From Anthoceros angustus (Eukaryota > Plantae > Anthocerotophyta), in the NCBI GenBank assembly GCA_010909165.1, contig VJWM01000011.1, positions 248,001 to 312,000 on the forward strand: a DNA stretch of 64,000 nt, given 5' to 3'. The number at the start of each line of letters is the position of its first letter. Position 1 is the first letter of the stretch. The translations under genes were made by a program, and so were the position numbers. Below the pieces are notes generated by a model. It ran no database searches. It saw only the letters and a program-made list of their open reading frames with translations, and was not told where the DNA came from. Shown here piece after piece: positions 37,108 through 48,469 of the stretch.

Positions 37108-39685
37108 CTCGCGATGCAGCGGTGCGGCGATTGCCAGAAAAGAAGGATGAGAATGGATTGTGGACGGGCGGAGAGGAGTGTGGTGACTATCGGCCGTTGA
37201 GCGGCGAATCCCACATGACCACTATCCCATGCCCGGGTGAAGAGATCTTCGACACCATTGGGTCTGCCAAGTTCTTCTCAACATTGGACTTGAGGCTAGG
37301 GTTTCACCAAGTAGAGATCGTCAAGAAGACAAGAAGAAAAGCGTTCGGGGCGATTGCTTGAGTGGAATTACATGCCATTTGGGTTGAAGACGCCAACGCA
37401 GTTCAAAAGGTACATGGACAATGAGCTCAAGGACTTGCATTTCGCCAAGTGCTACATTGATGATGTCATCATCTTGACAATACCTTTGAGGAGCATCTAC
37501 AACATCTTGAGCGGTCTTTGCTAGGTGCTTGTGGGTTGAAGGCCCATCCAGGAAGTGTCGATTTGGAGAGGATAAGGTGTTGTACTTGGGTCATTGGATC
37601 ACGCTGGATCTCGCCGCATGCCACCAAGGTGGAGGCAATCGTGCATTCCGTGCCAAACGACATCTCGTTGAGGGCATTCTTGGGTTTGGCGGTTACTACG
37701 AAGTTCATTCCGCGGATGAGCGGATTGCGGCCATTGAATGACTTGTTGAAGAAGTTGGTGACTTGGCGTTGGACTCAAGAGGAGGAGTCGCTTTCATGGA
37801 GTTGAAGGGTAGACTCATGAGCTCGCCAATTCTTGGTCATCCAAACTTCATGGCCGTTCGTACTTTACGATTGGAGCAAGTCGGCATAGGCGATCTTGCG
37901 GATCAATGACAAGGAAGAGGAACATGTCGCTATGCCGTCGGAGCAACAACCGGTGAGTCCAACTACTCGCCTATGAAGGAGAATGTCTTGCAGCGTGTGG
38001 GCGTCGGACACTTTTCGTACTTGTTTGGACATCAATTTCGACTAATCACCGACCATCAACCCTTGCATTGGTTGACGAGCAGCTTACGGAAAGGCGAGGT
38101 GGGCTCTCATTCTCCGGGAGTATGACTTTGTCATCGAACACACCGGCGGTAGAGTTCACTCTAATCTTGATGGGTTGTCAAGGAATCCTCTACCTCGTGT
38201 GAAGACACTACAGGCCGGGCAAGATTCGGATGACGAGCAACCTGAGAGTAGTCCGGATACCATGTTGGCCATCTTGAGGATCGAAGATGACCCTCCACTC
38301 ATCGCTATGCGGTCCGTCAGGACATCGGGCGGATGCAATAGCGGTGACCTTCCTAAGGTCGGGAATTGCCACAAGGGCTTTCATCTCGAGCGGCCAAGCT
38401 ACGAGAAGGTGGCTCGGTACTATTGGAAGGAGGACATAATGTATGTCCGTGATTACAGAGATAGAATTGTACCCAAGCCGGAGGTGAGACTCATCACCCA
38501 GTGCATGAAGGCTTAGGGCATTTTGGTGCTAAGCGCACCTCGGATGCTCGAGCCACACACAGGCAAGGATGTATGGAGATGTGGAAAGGTCGCAGAATGT
38601 AGAGTGTGCGATCGAGTGAAGGCAAGGTTCACGACCAATGATGTTGTGCTTCACTCTCTGCCGATCCGAGGACTCTTCTACAGGTGGAGTGTGGATCTCA
38701 TGCCGGACATGCAGGACGCGTCGAAACAAGCATGTCATGCTAATGGTGGAGCATTTCAAGTGGTGCGAGGTTGCCATCTTACCCAAGCGTGACTCTCGGC
38801 TTACCGGTAAGGCGTTCTTGGCTTCCGTTCTTAGTCGATATGGAGCATGTGCAGGTTCTCACCGAGGCAAAGAATTCGTGGGGAATTCAAGACTTGCTTA
38901 GAGCTTGATTGATCATCGACGTGCGTCGAGATCATCCTCAAGCCGATGGACTTGCTGAGCGCTTAGTGCGGACCTTCAAGCGGGCCTTGCGTATTGTCTC
39001 ACAAATGACCAAGACATGGGATGAAGGGATGCCATACCTAGTGCTAGTGCAGGTGAGCAATCAAGCGACCTTGAGCAATTTTTCACCATACTACTTGTTG
39101 TATGGGCGACAACCATTTTGCCAAACGTGAGGCAAGCAAGGCTACAAGCACCATGGATTGGCGCGGATGATTGCCTACGAGACACAGGCGGGAGCTTTTC
39201 AACGGATCATGCCCATGGCAATGGAGAACCTTGCCATAGCGCAACACATGGATCAACTGCGCTATGCTTACACGAGGAGGGACATGGAAACCCAAGGTGC
39301 GCAAGTTCGAAGTTGGAGATTATGTCTACCTGCATCGGAAGCCAGGCAACACCTTGGAGGTATCCACCAGCAGAGTCATCTTGCGGGTCGTGCGAGTAGG
39401 CAAAGATGGAGTGCTTGAGCTTGAAGGATCCGATGGCCGAAGATGGAAGGATCACCTCAAGAACTGCGCACCATGCCACTTACCCAATTTGGACCCTCAA
39501 CTACGGCCTACAATGTGGCGTCCACCCAAAGACTTGGAGTGTCAGGTTTGTGGACGATGATGATGATGATGCTTCTTTGTGATCGGTGCAATAGGGGATA
39601 CCACATGTTTTGTGTTCAACCACCTCTTGACATTCCAGGAAGATTGGTTTTGTGCACAATGCACTACATGAGGTGCGTCGTGTAG
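37108..39685 (+). pseudogene. Gypsy RT-RNase H-integrase with C-terminal PHD finger (frameshifted)
   Basis: LPEKKDENG..CGDYRPL, FSTLDL..GFHQ, MPFGL, YIDD (~37453), ITDHQPL, integrase WSVDL and HPQADGLAERLVRTFKRAL. PHD CQVC..LLCDRCNRGYHMFCVQPPL..DWFCAQC at ~39540-39662. Confidence 0.9.
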
Positions 39686-39729
39686 TCCTACTAATGATAA
39701 TGTTGACTTGGAGTCTCACATTATCGGGG

Positions 39730-40522
39730 ATTGGTTTGCACCTATATACTGCGTATTAGATTTGTTTGCTTGGTTGTTGGTCGAGGAAGTGCTTATATGA
39801 ATTCAAGTGCTTACCTCGTGCGGCATGCCGTGTGATACTAATCTCGCACTTGGGTTTAGTGTTTGATTAGCATTAATTAATCTAATTACTTATCTTTAAG
39901 TAAGTAATTAGTGTTAATTAATCTAAGTGCTTATGTTAATTAAGCATTGATTAGTGTTAATTAATCTAATGTGCTTATGTTAATTAAGCATTGATTAGTG
40001 TTAATTAATCTAATGTGCTTATGTTAATTAAGCTAAGTTAATTAAGATGCATTGATTAGTGTTAATTAAACATGGTTAGCAATAATTGGATAAGCTCAAG
40101 TAATATGCTTTGGCATATTGCATATTATAGTGTATTCTTAGGATACAATAGCTAAGTGGATAAGCTCAAGTAATGCTTTGGCATATTCCTTGCATATTAT
40201 AGTGTATTCTTAGGATATTTACGGCATATATGATGCCGATAGGATATCTTAGGAATATGCCGATGCCGGTCTAGTATATATAGACCCTTCCATTGAGGAC
40301 AAGCTCGGATCATAGCTTGTCCTCTAGATATGTCTGTCTGAGGCGTTGTGAGGAGGCCATATGACTCAGGGCGATGTGTGAGGAATTTGCGTGTTGTTCG
40401 TGGGGAGGTGTGTTTGTGCCACGGCGAGCTACTCCTCTGTTATTGGTTTGCACCTATATACTGCGTATTAGATTTGTTTGCTTGGTTGTTGGTGGAAGTG
40501 TATATACAGATTGATTAACACG
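39730..40522 (+). repeat. Gypsy 3' terminal region: B1 (39730-39795), A2 (~39819-40443), B2 (40442-40505)
   Basis: A2 matches the 5' LTR. The segment attggtttgcacctatatactgcgtattagatttgtttgcttggttgttggt occurs identically before and after A2. The region ends ...TTGATTAACA(CG). Confidence 0.85.
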
Positions 40523-41365
40523 TGTATATCAAGTCATTTAACCCTAACAGGTTATCCAATTAACACTCCCACTTAATCTGGACGGGTTAAATAGGACTAT
40601 CCTAAGTCAAGACCTATCCAGTAAATCGTCAGTCTTCGTCCTCACTCGGTAGAAGCGATGGCAGTAGAGATTGCTGAGCTTGTTAGTCTAGGGGAGCAGA
40701 TGGAGAGAGACTACGCCTCTTGGGTCCTCACTGTCCTCGCCCTATTTCAGTCCATCTGTGCTGTGATCATCCTTATATCGGCATGCGTGACCATGATACG
40801 ATCACAGAACAACAGCTTGAGCAGCAAAGGGAGGTAGGAGGAAAGGAAGAGGATACAAAGCTCGGGCCATGAAAGTGACGAGAGGGAGAAGGGCACCCAA
40901 GGAGCACAAGGGACAGTTGCAGCGAGCTGGAGGCATGACGATTGGGAGGTATTCAGACAGTTTCAGGAGTCAATGGAGAGATGTGACAAGATCACGGAGA
41001 GGCTTCTCGACACGACAAAGAGAAGGACTGAGGCACTGCAGGCTCCGGTCGCGAAGGGATGCAAAGGTAAGCTAACCCCAGAATATCCAGGTAGCTCAGA
41101 AGCAAAGACTGGTATTGTTGTCGCATGCTCCCACTAGTGGTGAATCAAAATAGGGTAGCAGCATCCTCACGATTAAATGGGTTACAGAGAGCTTCATCCA
41201 CTGAGTTGCTGAGACTGTTGTCTGTTGTGATGTCTGCAGGTAGGGAGAAAGAGGCAGCGGAGTAGGGAATGGGAGGCTAGAAGACCTGTTGGGGGTTCTC
41301 CTCCCATGTCAACAAACCCTAAGGAATCCTAAAGTAGGGCGAGTGGTCTATTAGGCCAAGACCTT

Positions 41366-42640
41366 CTACATGAGTGACATGTTTGTGTTTCGGGGTAACT
41401 TTGTCAAGATATCAGCAGTGTTTGCATCTATGTGTATGTAAGTAAGTTTAACAATACCCCTAGTAGTGATATCTCTAACATAATGATGCTGAATTTCAAT
41501 GTGCTTGGTACAAGCATGGAAACAAGGGCACTCGACTAAAGACAACTTGGCTGACTGGTTATCGCAAAACAAAATGGTAGGCTCTTTCTGTTTTGCATTC
41601 ACAAAAGTTAGAAAAGCTCTCTCCCACTCCACTTCTTTTGTGGCATCAGTAAGACACTTATATTCAGCTTCCGTACTTCACAGGGCGATGGAAGTTTGTT
41701 TTCTACAGCTCCAATTAACAACAGCAGAGGACAAAAGGAAGGCATAAGTGGACAAACTCTTGCGAGAATCACCATCAGATGCCCAGTTAGCATCAGTGAA
41801 GCCATGAAGGGTAGGAGCATTTGCACTTGTAGCAAAGGCCAAGGTAATGGGTACCTTTCAGGTATCTGAAAACTCTCTTAATGGCTGTCCAATGATTCCG
41901 ACCATGGCACTCTAAGAATTGTGATGCCGTGTTTACAGAATACGTTTTATCTGGTCGAGTCCAGTTGTTGACAAAGAGGAGGCTGCCCACTGCATGGCGA
42001 TAAGGAACATCCTTCATGTCTTCGATATCAGCTGCAGCTATTGGACAGTTCTGCCGAGTAAGTCTTATGCCAGTTGCTCCAGGTGTAGAAGCTGCATGTG
42101 CCTTGTCCATGTTGAAGCGAAGTAGAATCTCATAGATGTATTCGTGCCGATGAATAATGATCAAGCCCTCATCCCTAATGCGTAGGACTTGAATGCCAAG
42201 GCAAAACTTGAGGTCACCAACATCAGTCATTTCGAACTCAGCTCGCAGCATATGTTTCACCTGATCTAACAAATGCTTGTCATTGGCTGGAAAAATGGCG
42301 TCATCAACATAAATTGCAAGGAGCACATAAGTTGAGCCATGGTCATAGATGTACACCGAAGGATCAACAGAACTCTGACAAAAACCAAGATTTTTGAGGC
42401 AAGTATCTAGTCTTTTATTCCACCGTTGTGCACTTTGTCGAAGACCATAGATACATTTCACTAACTGACACACCCAATCAGGGTGTTCAGAGTCCTCATA
42501 ACCTTCCGGCTGCTCCATGTATAACTCCTCCTCAAGAAGACCATGGAGAAAAGCAGTTTTCACATCCATCTGTTGAAGCTCTAGATCATGTTCAGCAGCT
42601 AAACCCAGCATGAGCCGAATGGACTGAGAGCGCACCACCG
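41366..42640 (-). pseudogene. Outer Ty1/Copia RT and RNase H
   Basis: QMDVKTAFLHG, LYMEQPEGY, IYGLRQS, YVDD, YRHAVGSL, CDNQSA and TKHIEIQHHYVR..ADILTK. Confidence 0.92.
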
Positions 42641-42769
42641 GGGATAAGCTGCATTGAGCTTGTGTTTAAATACCCACTTGTAGATAATAGGTGTCCCCCT
42701 CTGCGAAGAACAACATCGGAATCACTGAGAGGTGCTTGATCATCTCTTGTAGATGAGGCCCGTAAACCT

Positions 42770-43735
42770 TTCAGGCTGATGGAAGGAGCATGTTCAAACA
42801 ATGTTTGCCCCTCCCGTGCCCGGCGGTACCCGGACATGGGATCTTCCTTCGATAAACATGCTCCATCTGCACCACATGGAAGGGCCTATGACCAACCAAG
42901 GTCTTCCGCTCCCCGCTCACGCGACACGTCTGAAAAACGGCGAAGGCCACAACAAACGAAGAGGAGCCCGAATTATGCTCCGCCTCATTTGGCAACTCGC
43001 AGTAGCAGTACGTCCTCTCGCCCTTGGGACCCCAAGCCATGGCTCTCTTGTGCAACTTCATAACTTTGACTGTAAGCACGTCCGTTAACCGTGTATTATG
43101 CTTGTGTGTATCTTTGGATAATTGCAAAATCTGGCCTCAATGGACTACTTAGGGAGAGAACTCGCTTCCTTAAAGTGATAGAAGCAGCATTGTCATTCGC
43201 ATGAGCATGGGGAACGATGACGAGATCAGGACCCGCAATGAAAAACAAGGTAGGCAAGTGTGCTAAGAACCTGTCATCCTGGCTGAACAAGATCATATTC
43301 ACACGCCTTCTCCACTCAGCACTTTCACACCCTCGAACAATTGGTTTTCTTGACAATACTCTTCTAGAGCAACACATCGTCTTCTCACCCACATTAGGAG
43401 AACCAACAACACACAGCTCAAGGATGAATACGGTCGTTATGCTTAGCATCCAGCGGCATTCGAGATACCAATTTTCTTTGTCCCACATGTGGTAGAACTC
43501 CCCTTGGTACCTCCTCCACTTTGCCATCGCCTTGACTTGAATCGAACAAGTACCTATGTGATCGTCCGATCATTGCATTAGTAAAGTCCTCCTGTACCAT
43601 TGTGTAGCAAGCCTCCACAATCATCTCTGCCGCCTCAAGGAGCTGGTAATGCCCTTCGTCATTGTATTTGAAGTCCGCATATCCCGCAAAATAGTCCACC
43701 CTATTGTATGTGAACAAAAACCTATGATGACCTCA
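42770..43735 (-). pseudogene. TE-borne gene remnant, possibly a Ulp1/C48 SUMO-protease-like domain
   Basis: DLVIVPHAH...ITLRKR and ELPNEAEHNSGSSSFVVAFAVF loosely resemble the Ulp1 His and QxNxxDCGxFV blocks. Catalytic residues are not clearly readable. Confidence 0.3.
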
Positions 43736-43951
43736 TGCAGGATATGGACAGGAGAGAGGTTGCACCAGTGAGAGAGTTGAGGGAAAGGGGCATGTTTGGG
43801 ACCCTTGCAGTCTCATATGGTTTGAATATCTGCCGTATTGGAGGTATATGCTTAAGTGGGCACAGAAATGTGTGATGCACGTTGAAAAGAACAATGCGAA
43901 GGCTTTGTGGCAGACCTTCATAGGGGAGAAAGATGATCTTAGATCACGCTT

Positions 43952-45770
43952 AGACATGGAACAATATGGGGGAAAGAAGGCAATAGCCGTCCCACTCTTG
44001 CACGGGGGTGGAGAGCCGACGGGAGCGAATGAGGATGAAGGTTGATTTCCAAGGTTGCCGCTCTCATCCGACTGCTAGATACATGGGATTTGTCGCGGCC
44101 GGCAAGGACAACATGCACATTCACACTGGGATTACGGACGGCGGTCATTCAAAGACGCCAAATCAATTCACTTTGCAACTTAGGCAAGGGCCTTTTGGCA
44201 TCAAAACATAAGCCGGGTGTCCCTAGAACGAACCGTCGTAGGGCTCATGAAATGCTAGTTGCATCGGCACACGGCTCAACTCGCCATCCTACTCCTCTCC
44301 TCTTCCATAATGAAGGATGTACCATTTTTCACTCCAAAACATCTATAATCTAGTAATAGTACAAGGCGACATTTAAAGGCGAGAGCCCTGCAGTTTCTAC
44401 ACGGTGAATCACGGGACCCCAAGTTTGGCGCCTGGCAAACCAATCCCAAATATCCAACCGCAACATATCCATCCACTTCCATGATCTCAAGCAAACACCT
44501 CCCGATTTAAGACCTACAAGCATCCGTGACATCACTCATTATGCGAGGCTGCAACTACCGAGCACCTTCTTCTCATTTCACGGGCTCAATTGAGGGAAGT
44601 CAATCGTATGTCCGACATCAACCCAGTTCCAACATTATCCCTCCATGTCGGCGAGAAAGCGGTCAGATCCACGCTCAAAGCGGGCTCTCCAGCCATTGCC
44701 TCGGCTTGCACCAATGCTCGCAAAGCCACCATCCACAATAGTGAGCAACAAGGACGGTAGGTGAAGGAGGCCGCGTGCAGGTCGAAACATTCCAGATGCT
44801 GAGCATTGAAGGTTCATGGGAAGGTGCTTGTAGCAACAGTATATAGACATGGAACAATATGGGGAAAGAAGGCAATAGCCGTCCCACTCTTACTGCAGGG
44901 GTGGAAGCGGAAGCGGGGAGGCGAATGAGGATGAAGGTTGATTTCCAAAGGTTCAGCTCTCATCCGGTACTTTAGATACATGGGATTTGTCGCGGCCGGC
45001 AAGGACAACATGCACATTCACACTGGGATTACGGACGGCGGTCATTCAGCATGGAAATCAATTCACTTTGCAACTTAGGCAAGGGCCTTTTGGCATCAAA
45101 ACATAAGCCGGGTGTCCCTAGAACGAACCGTCGTAGGGCTCATGAAATGCTAGTTGCATCGCGGCACACAGCTCAACTCATATCCTACTCCCCTCTCCCT
45201 CTTCCATAATGAAGGATGTACCATTTTTCACTCCAAAACATCTATAATCTAGTAATAACGTGCAAGACGACATTTAAGGCGAGAGCCCACACCGTTTCTA
45301 CACAGCTGAATACAGGACCCACCAAGTTTGGCGCTCCTGTGCAAACCAATCCCAAATATCCAAATCCGGCAACATATCCATCCACTCTATGATCTCAAGC
45401 AAACACCTCCCACTTTATTGACCTACAAGCATCCGAGACATCACCGTCTCGAGAGTAGCAACTAGCCGAGCACCTTCTTCTCATTTCACGGGCTCAATTG
45501 AGGGAAGTCATCATATGTCCGAGCATCAACCCGTCCCCTTGATTATCCCTCCATGTCGGCGAGAAAACGGTCGCGATCCCTGCCTCAAACGGGCTCTCCA
45601 GCCATTGCCAAGTCGGCTTGCACCAATGCCTGCAAAGCCACCATCCACAATAGTGAGCAACAAGGACGGTAGGTGAAGGAGGCCGCGTGCACAAATCGAA
45701 ACATTAAGATGCCGAGCATTGAAGGGTTCAGGGAAGGTGCTATAGCTGGCACAGTAGCACGACATGGCAA
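43952..45770. repeat. ~890-bp direct tandem duplication (43952-44845 / 44846-45770)
   Basis: gacatggaacaatatggggg..aagaaggcaatagccgtcc and the downstream sequence recur. The junction falls at GACATGG microhomology. Confidence 0.85.
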
Positions 45771-48469
45771 CCCGACTCAGCGGTGGCGGAAGGATGTGTA
45801 GCTTGAAGAAGGAGAGGAGCATGATGACAATGCAAGTGGAGGTCACGGTGGCGCAGCAGACAAGCGTGCTTTCTGCGGAATGCGAGGTAATGAAGCGTGA
45901 GCCAGTGGGCGTCGCCATTTTACGGGTCGGCAAGAAGCCGCCTACTCACTGATGTCCGTGAGGACATGATGAAGGTGCACTGGTATTTAATAAAGCACGG
46001 AACTCGTTTTCTAAGGAAACCACGTCATGCCAATGATGGGCATGTATGCATATCAAAACAAACATGTGCCATACTCCAAGGATGCCATTGTCCTTGGATA
46101 ATGGCTGTTTATAATACCTATAAATGGCCATAAACATATTGGTCTAAAATAACACTTAACAATGGTTTTTAAAAAAGGGGATGTCACTGGTGTGAACGCG
46201 GTTGAAAAGGGGATGCATATGCCGTGTCCAATTCTCAGGACAATGGAAGATGGTGGTGTCGGTGGCGTCATCTCGTCTCGGGCTTCGCTCGGCATCATCC
46301 TCGAGTCTCGCCTTCATCTCTAAATTGAGCCGGTATTTGCGATGGCCCCCGGGAGCCCGACATTGGGAGATGGGGCACCATTAGCCAAGGGATGCAACCA
46401 TCCCCCCACTGGGAACCCGATAGAGGCAGATGACGCCCAAGTGAGCTTGGAACGTGGCCGCGATCGCAATAGGAAGGAGATTCAGGCGCGAGCGCTTGCC
46501 GTGAAAAAGATGAAGAAGAGAGGCCGAAGAAGGGCGCGTTGGCCCACGATGCTAGCAAGCAAGGACGATGACACCACCGATACGGACAAGGTTCAGGTAG
46601 CACACATGCTGACAAGTATGCAGCTATTGGTGACATCAGCGCGACCTATATGCAGAAGGAGTGGCGTTCCGCTCTTGACAGGGAATGTGTGCATATTTGG
46701 GACTTGGATGATGCCAGGGGAATCTTGCACTCTCTTGGGAAACTTGTTGCTGTGAGCCTCCTTTGTTTGGAATGGAACCATGTTCTTGGTGATGAGCCCT
46801 CATGTTCAAAAGATGTAGGCAATGTCCATAGCTGGCCACTCAGGCATGTGCTTGATGTGAGTGATAGGTCTTGGTGTACAGACCTTGCACGCTTTTCCAC
46901 CTCACAACCTTCCATGCTGAATGTGAACTTCCATTTTACGGACAGATTGTTACGCAGATTTTAATGAACCTCCATTGGTTTTACGAGAAGCTGGTCATGA
47001 TAAAATAGTGCGGCCGATAATTACGATAGCATTTCTACTCGATCAAATAGGAAATCAGGACATTTTATGTTAAAGATGCTACTTAATGAGGCGGACATGC
47101 TGCAACTTCAGTGTAATAAGTACTCAAGGTGGCAAGTGCCAGTATGACACTCAAGGTACTGAGAGATTGCCCTCCTTTACATGCCTCATTATTACTGTCA
47201 ATAAAATGCCTTTATAAGAACACGATTGTGACCATGCACATGTCCCGGTAGGAGGAGGAGAAAGATCCGCCCGAATATTGCAGCCATTTAAAGGCGTAAC
47301 ATGGTTTTGCCATCGCTTGGTCATATCGGTCACATGGTGCGCGGACATCGAGGGAGCAGGAAATTTGGTCATTCGTCGCCAAGACGGTGTAACAGGCAAC
47401 CTACAGTTTGAATTAATTGCAACAGCGTTTCAAGTGTTTAGCCTCGTAAATCGCATTCACTTTACGATATTAACTTTTGCCGGTATGGCTCGCCTTTGTG
47501 ATGTGAAGAAGCATCTGACCGCTAGACATTTCTTCACCAACATTAGAGGCCTACAACATCTAGCGAAGGCGGCGCATGGGTTGTCGCTGTCTTGAATATG
47601 ATTAGACTCGTTCCTTATCTATTTTTGCAAGGGAACAACCACTCGTCCGTGGGAAATGTAGAGGTTTTTTCCATGCAAGCTTGCTTGATGAGGAAGACAA
47701 AGAATTGACCGCGCTGTTGTGCAGGACGGGAGAAGATCTGACATCTAGGCTCGTGCATGCCCTCATCCTTCTGAGATGTGCACTTACCGCCATCGGTAGC
47801 TTCCGATGTGTCCGTTTTTTCGTTTCCTTTTCTGAACATCGTTTGGTTTTCGCAATCGCTCGGGCTAGAAGGATTGAAATTGCTGCTTGCCTGCAATCCG
47901 GTGGATGTGTGGCGAGGTTCTGGTCATGCATCTCCAGGGCCTGGGCTTGCATCGCAGACTTATGATATTGCTTAGGCGCTGCAGGATTAGCCTGTGTGAA
48001 TCGATGGTCCTTGCCGTGATGTATGGCTGGTGATGACGGTCGATGATTGATCCATTACATGTTCATATCGATGTGGTCGATGGTTGTAGTGTGATGCATA
48101 GTGCAATCCTTTATAGGCTATGCTGAATTCACCGCTTGAAAGTGAGCAGCTGTCGGTCACATGCAAATGCCTAGTATGACCATGTATTGTATGCGTCCAC
48201 ATGCCCTCCTATTGTCTGTCGACACTGACACGTCCGTCCGCCATGCTATGCTATGCATTGTAGTGCTTTGATTTCCCCGACGGCTGGAGTTTGGGGAGAA
48301 ATGGAAATGCAGTGTGGGATCCGGAGGCATCACAAGAAGCCGGTGCAAACCGAGGTCGCCTAGGGGGGGAGGGTTTTTTCCCACCGGATGAAGTTCCACA
48401 TTCCCAAGAAGCTTATGAGGCGGAAGGGACTCTCGGTGGCCCTCATGTTGCTCGCTTAGCTGCTGCATT

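Larger units (their letters stand above)
11445..40522 (+). mobile_element. Ty3/Gypsy LTR retrotransposon (gag-PR-DNMT-RT-RH-INT-PHD), interrupted by a 20.4-kb CACTA
   Basis: Direct terminal repeats at 11445-11942 and ~39819-40443. Domain order is PR-RT-RH-INT. The RT is split exactly at the CACTA TSD. Identical 46-bp flanking copies lie at 11399-11444 and 40523-40568. Confidence 0.88.
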
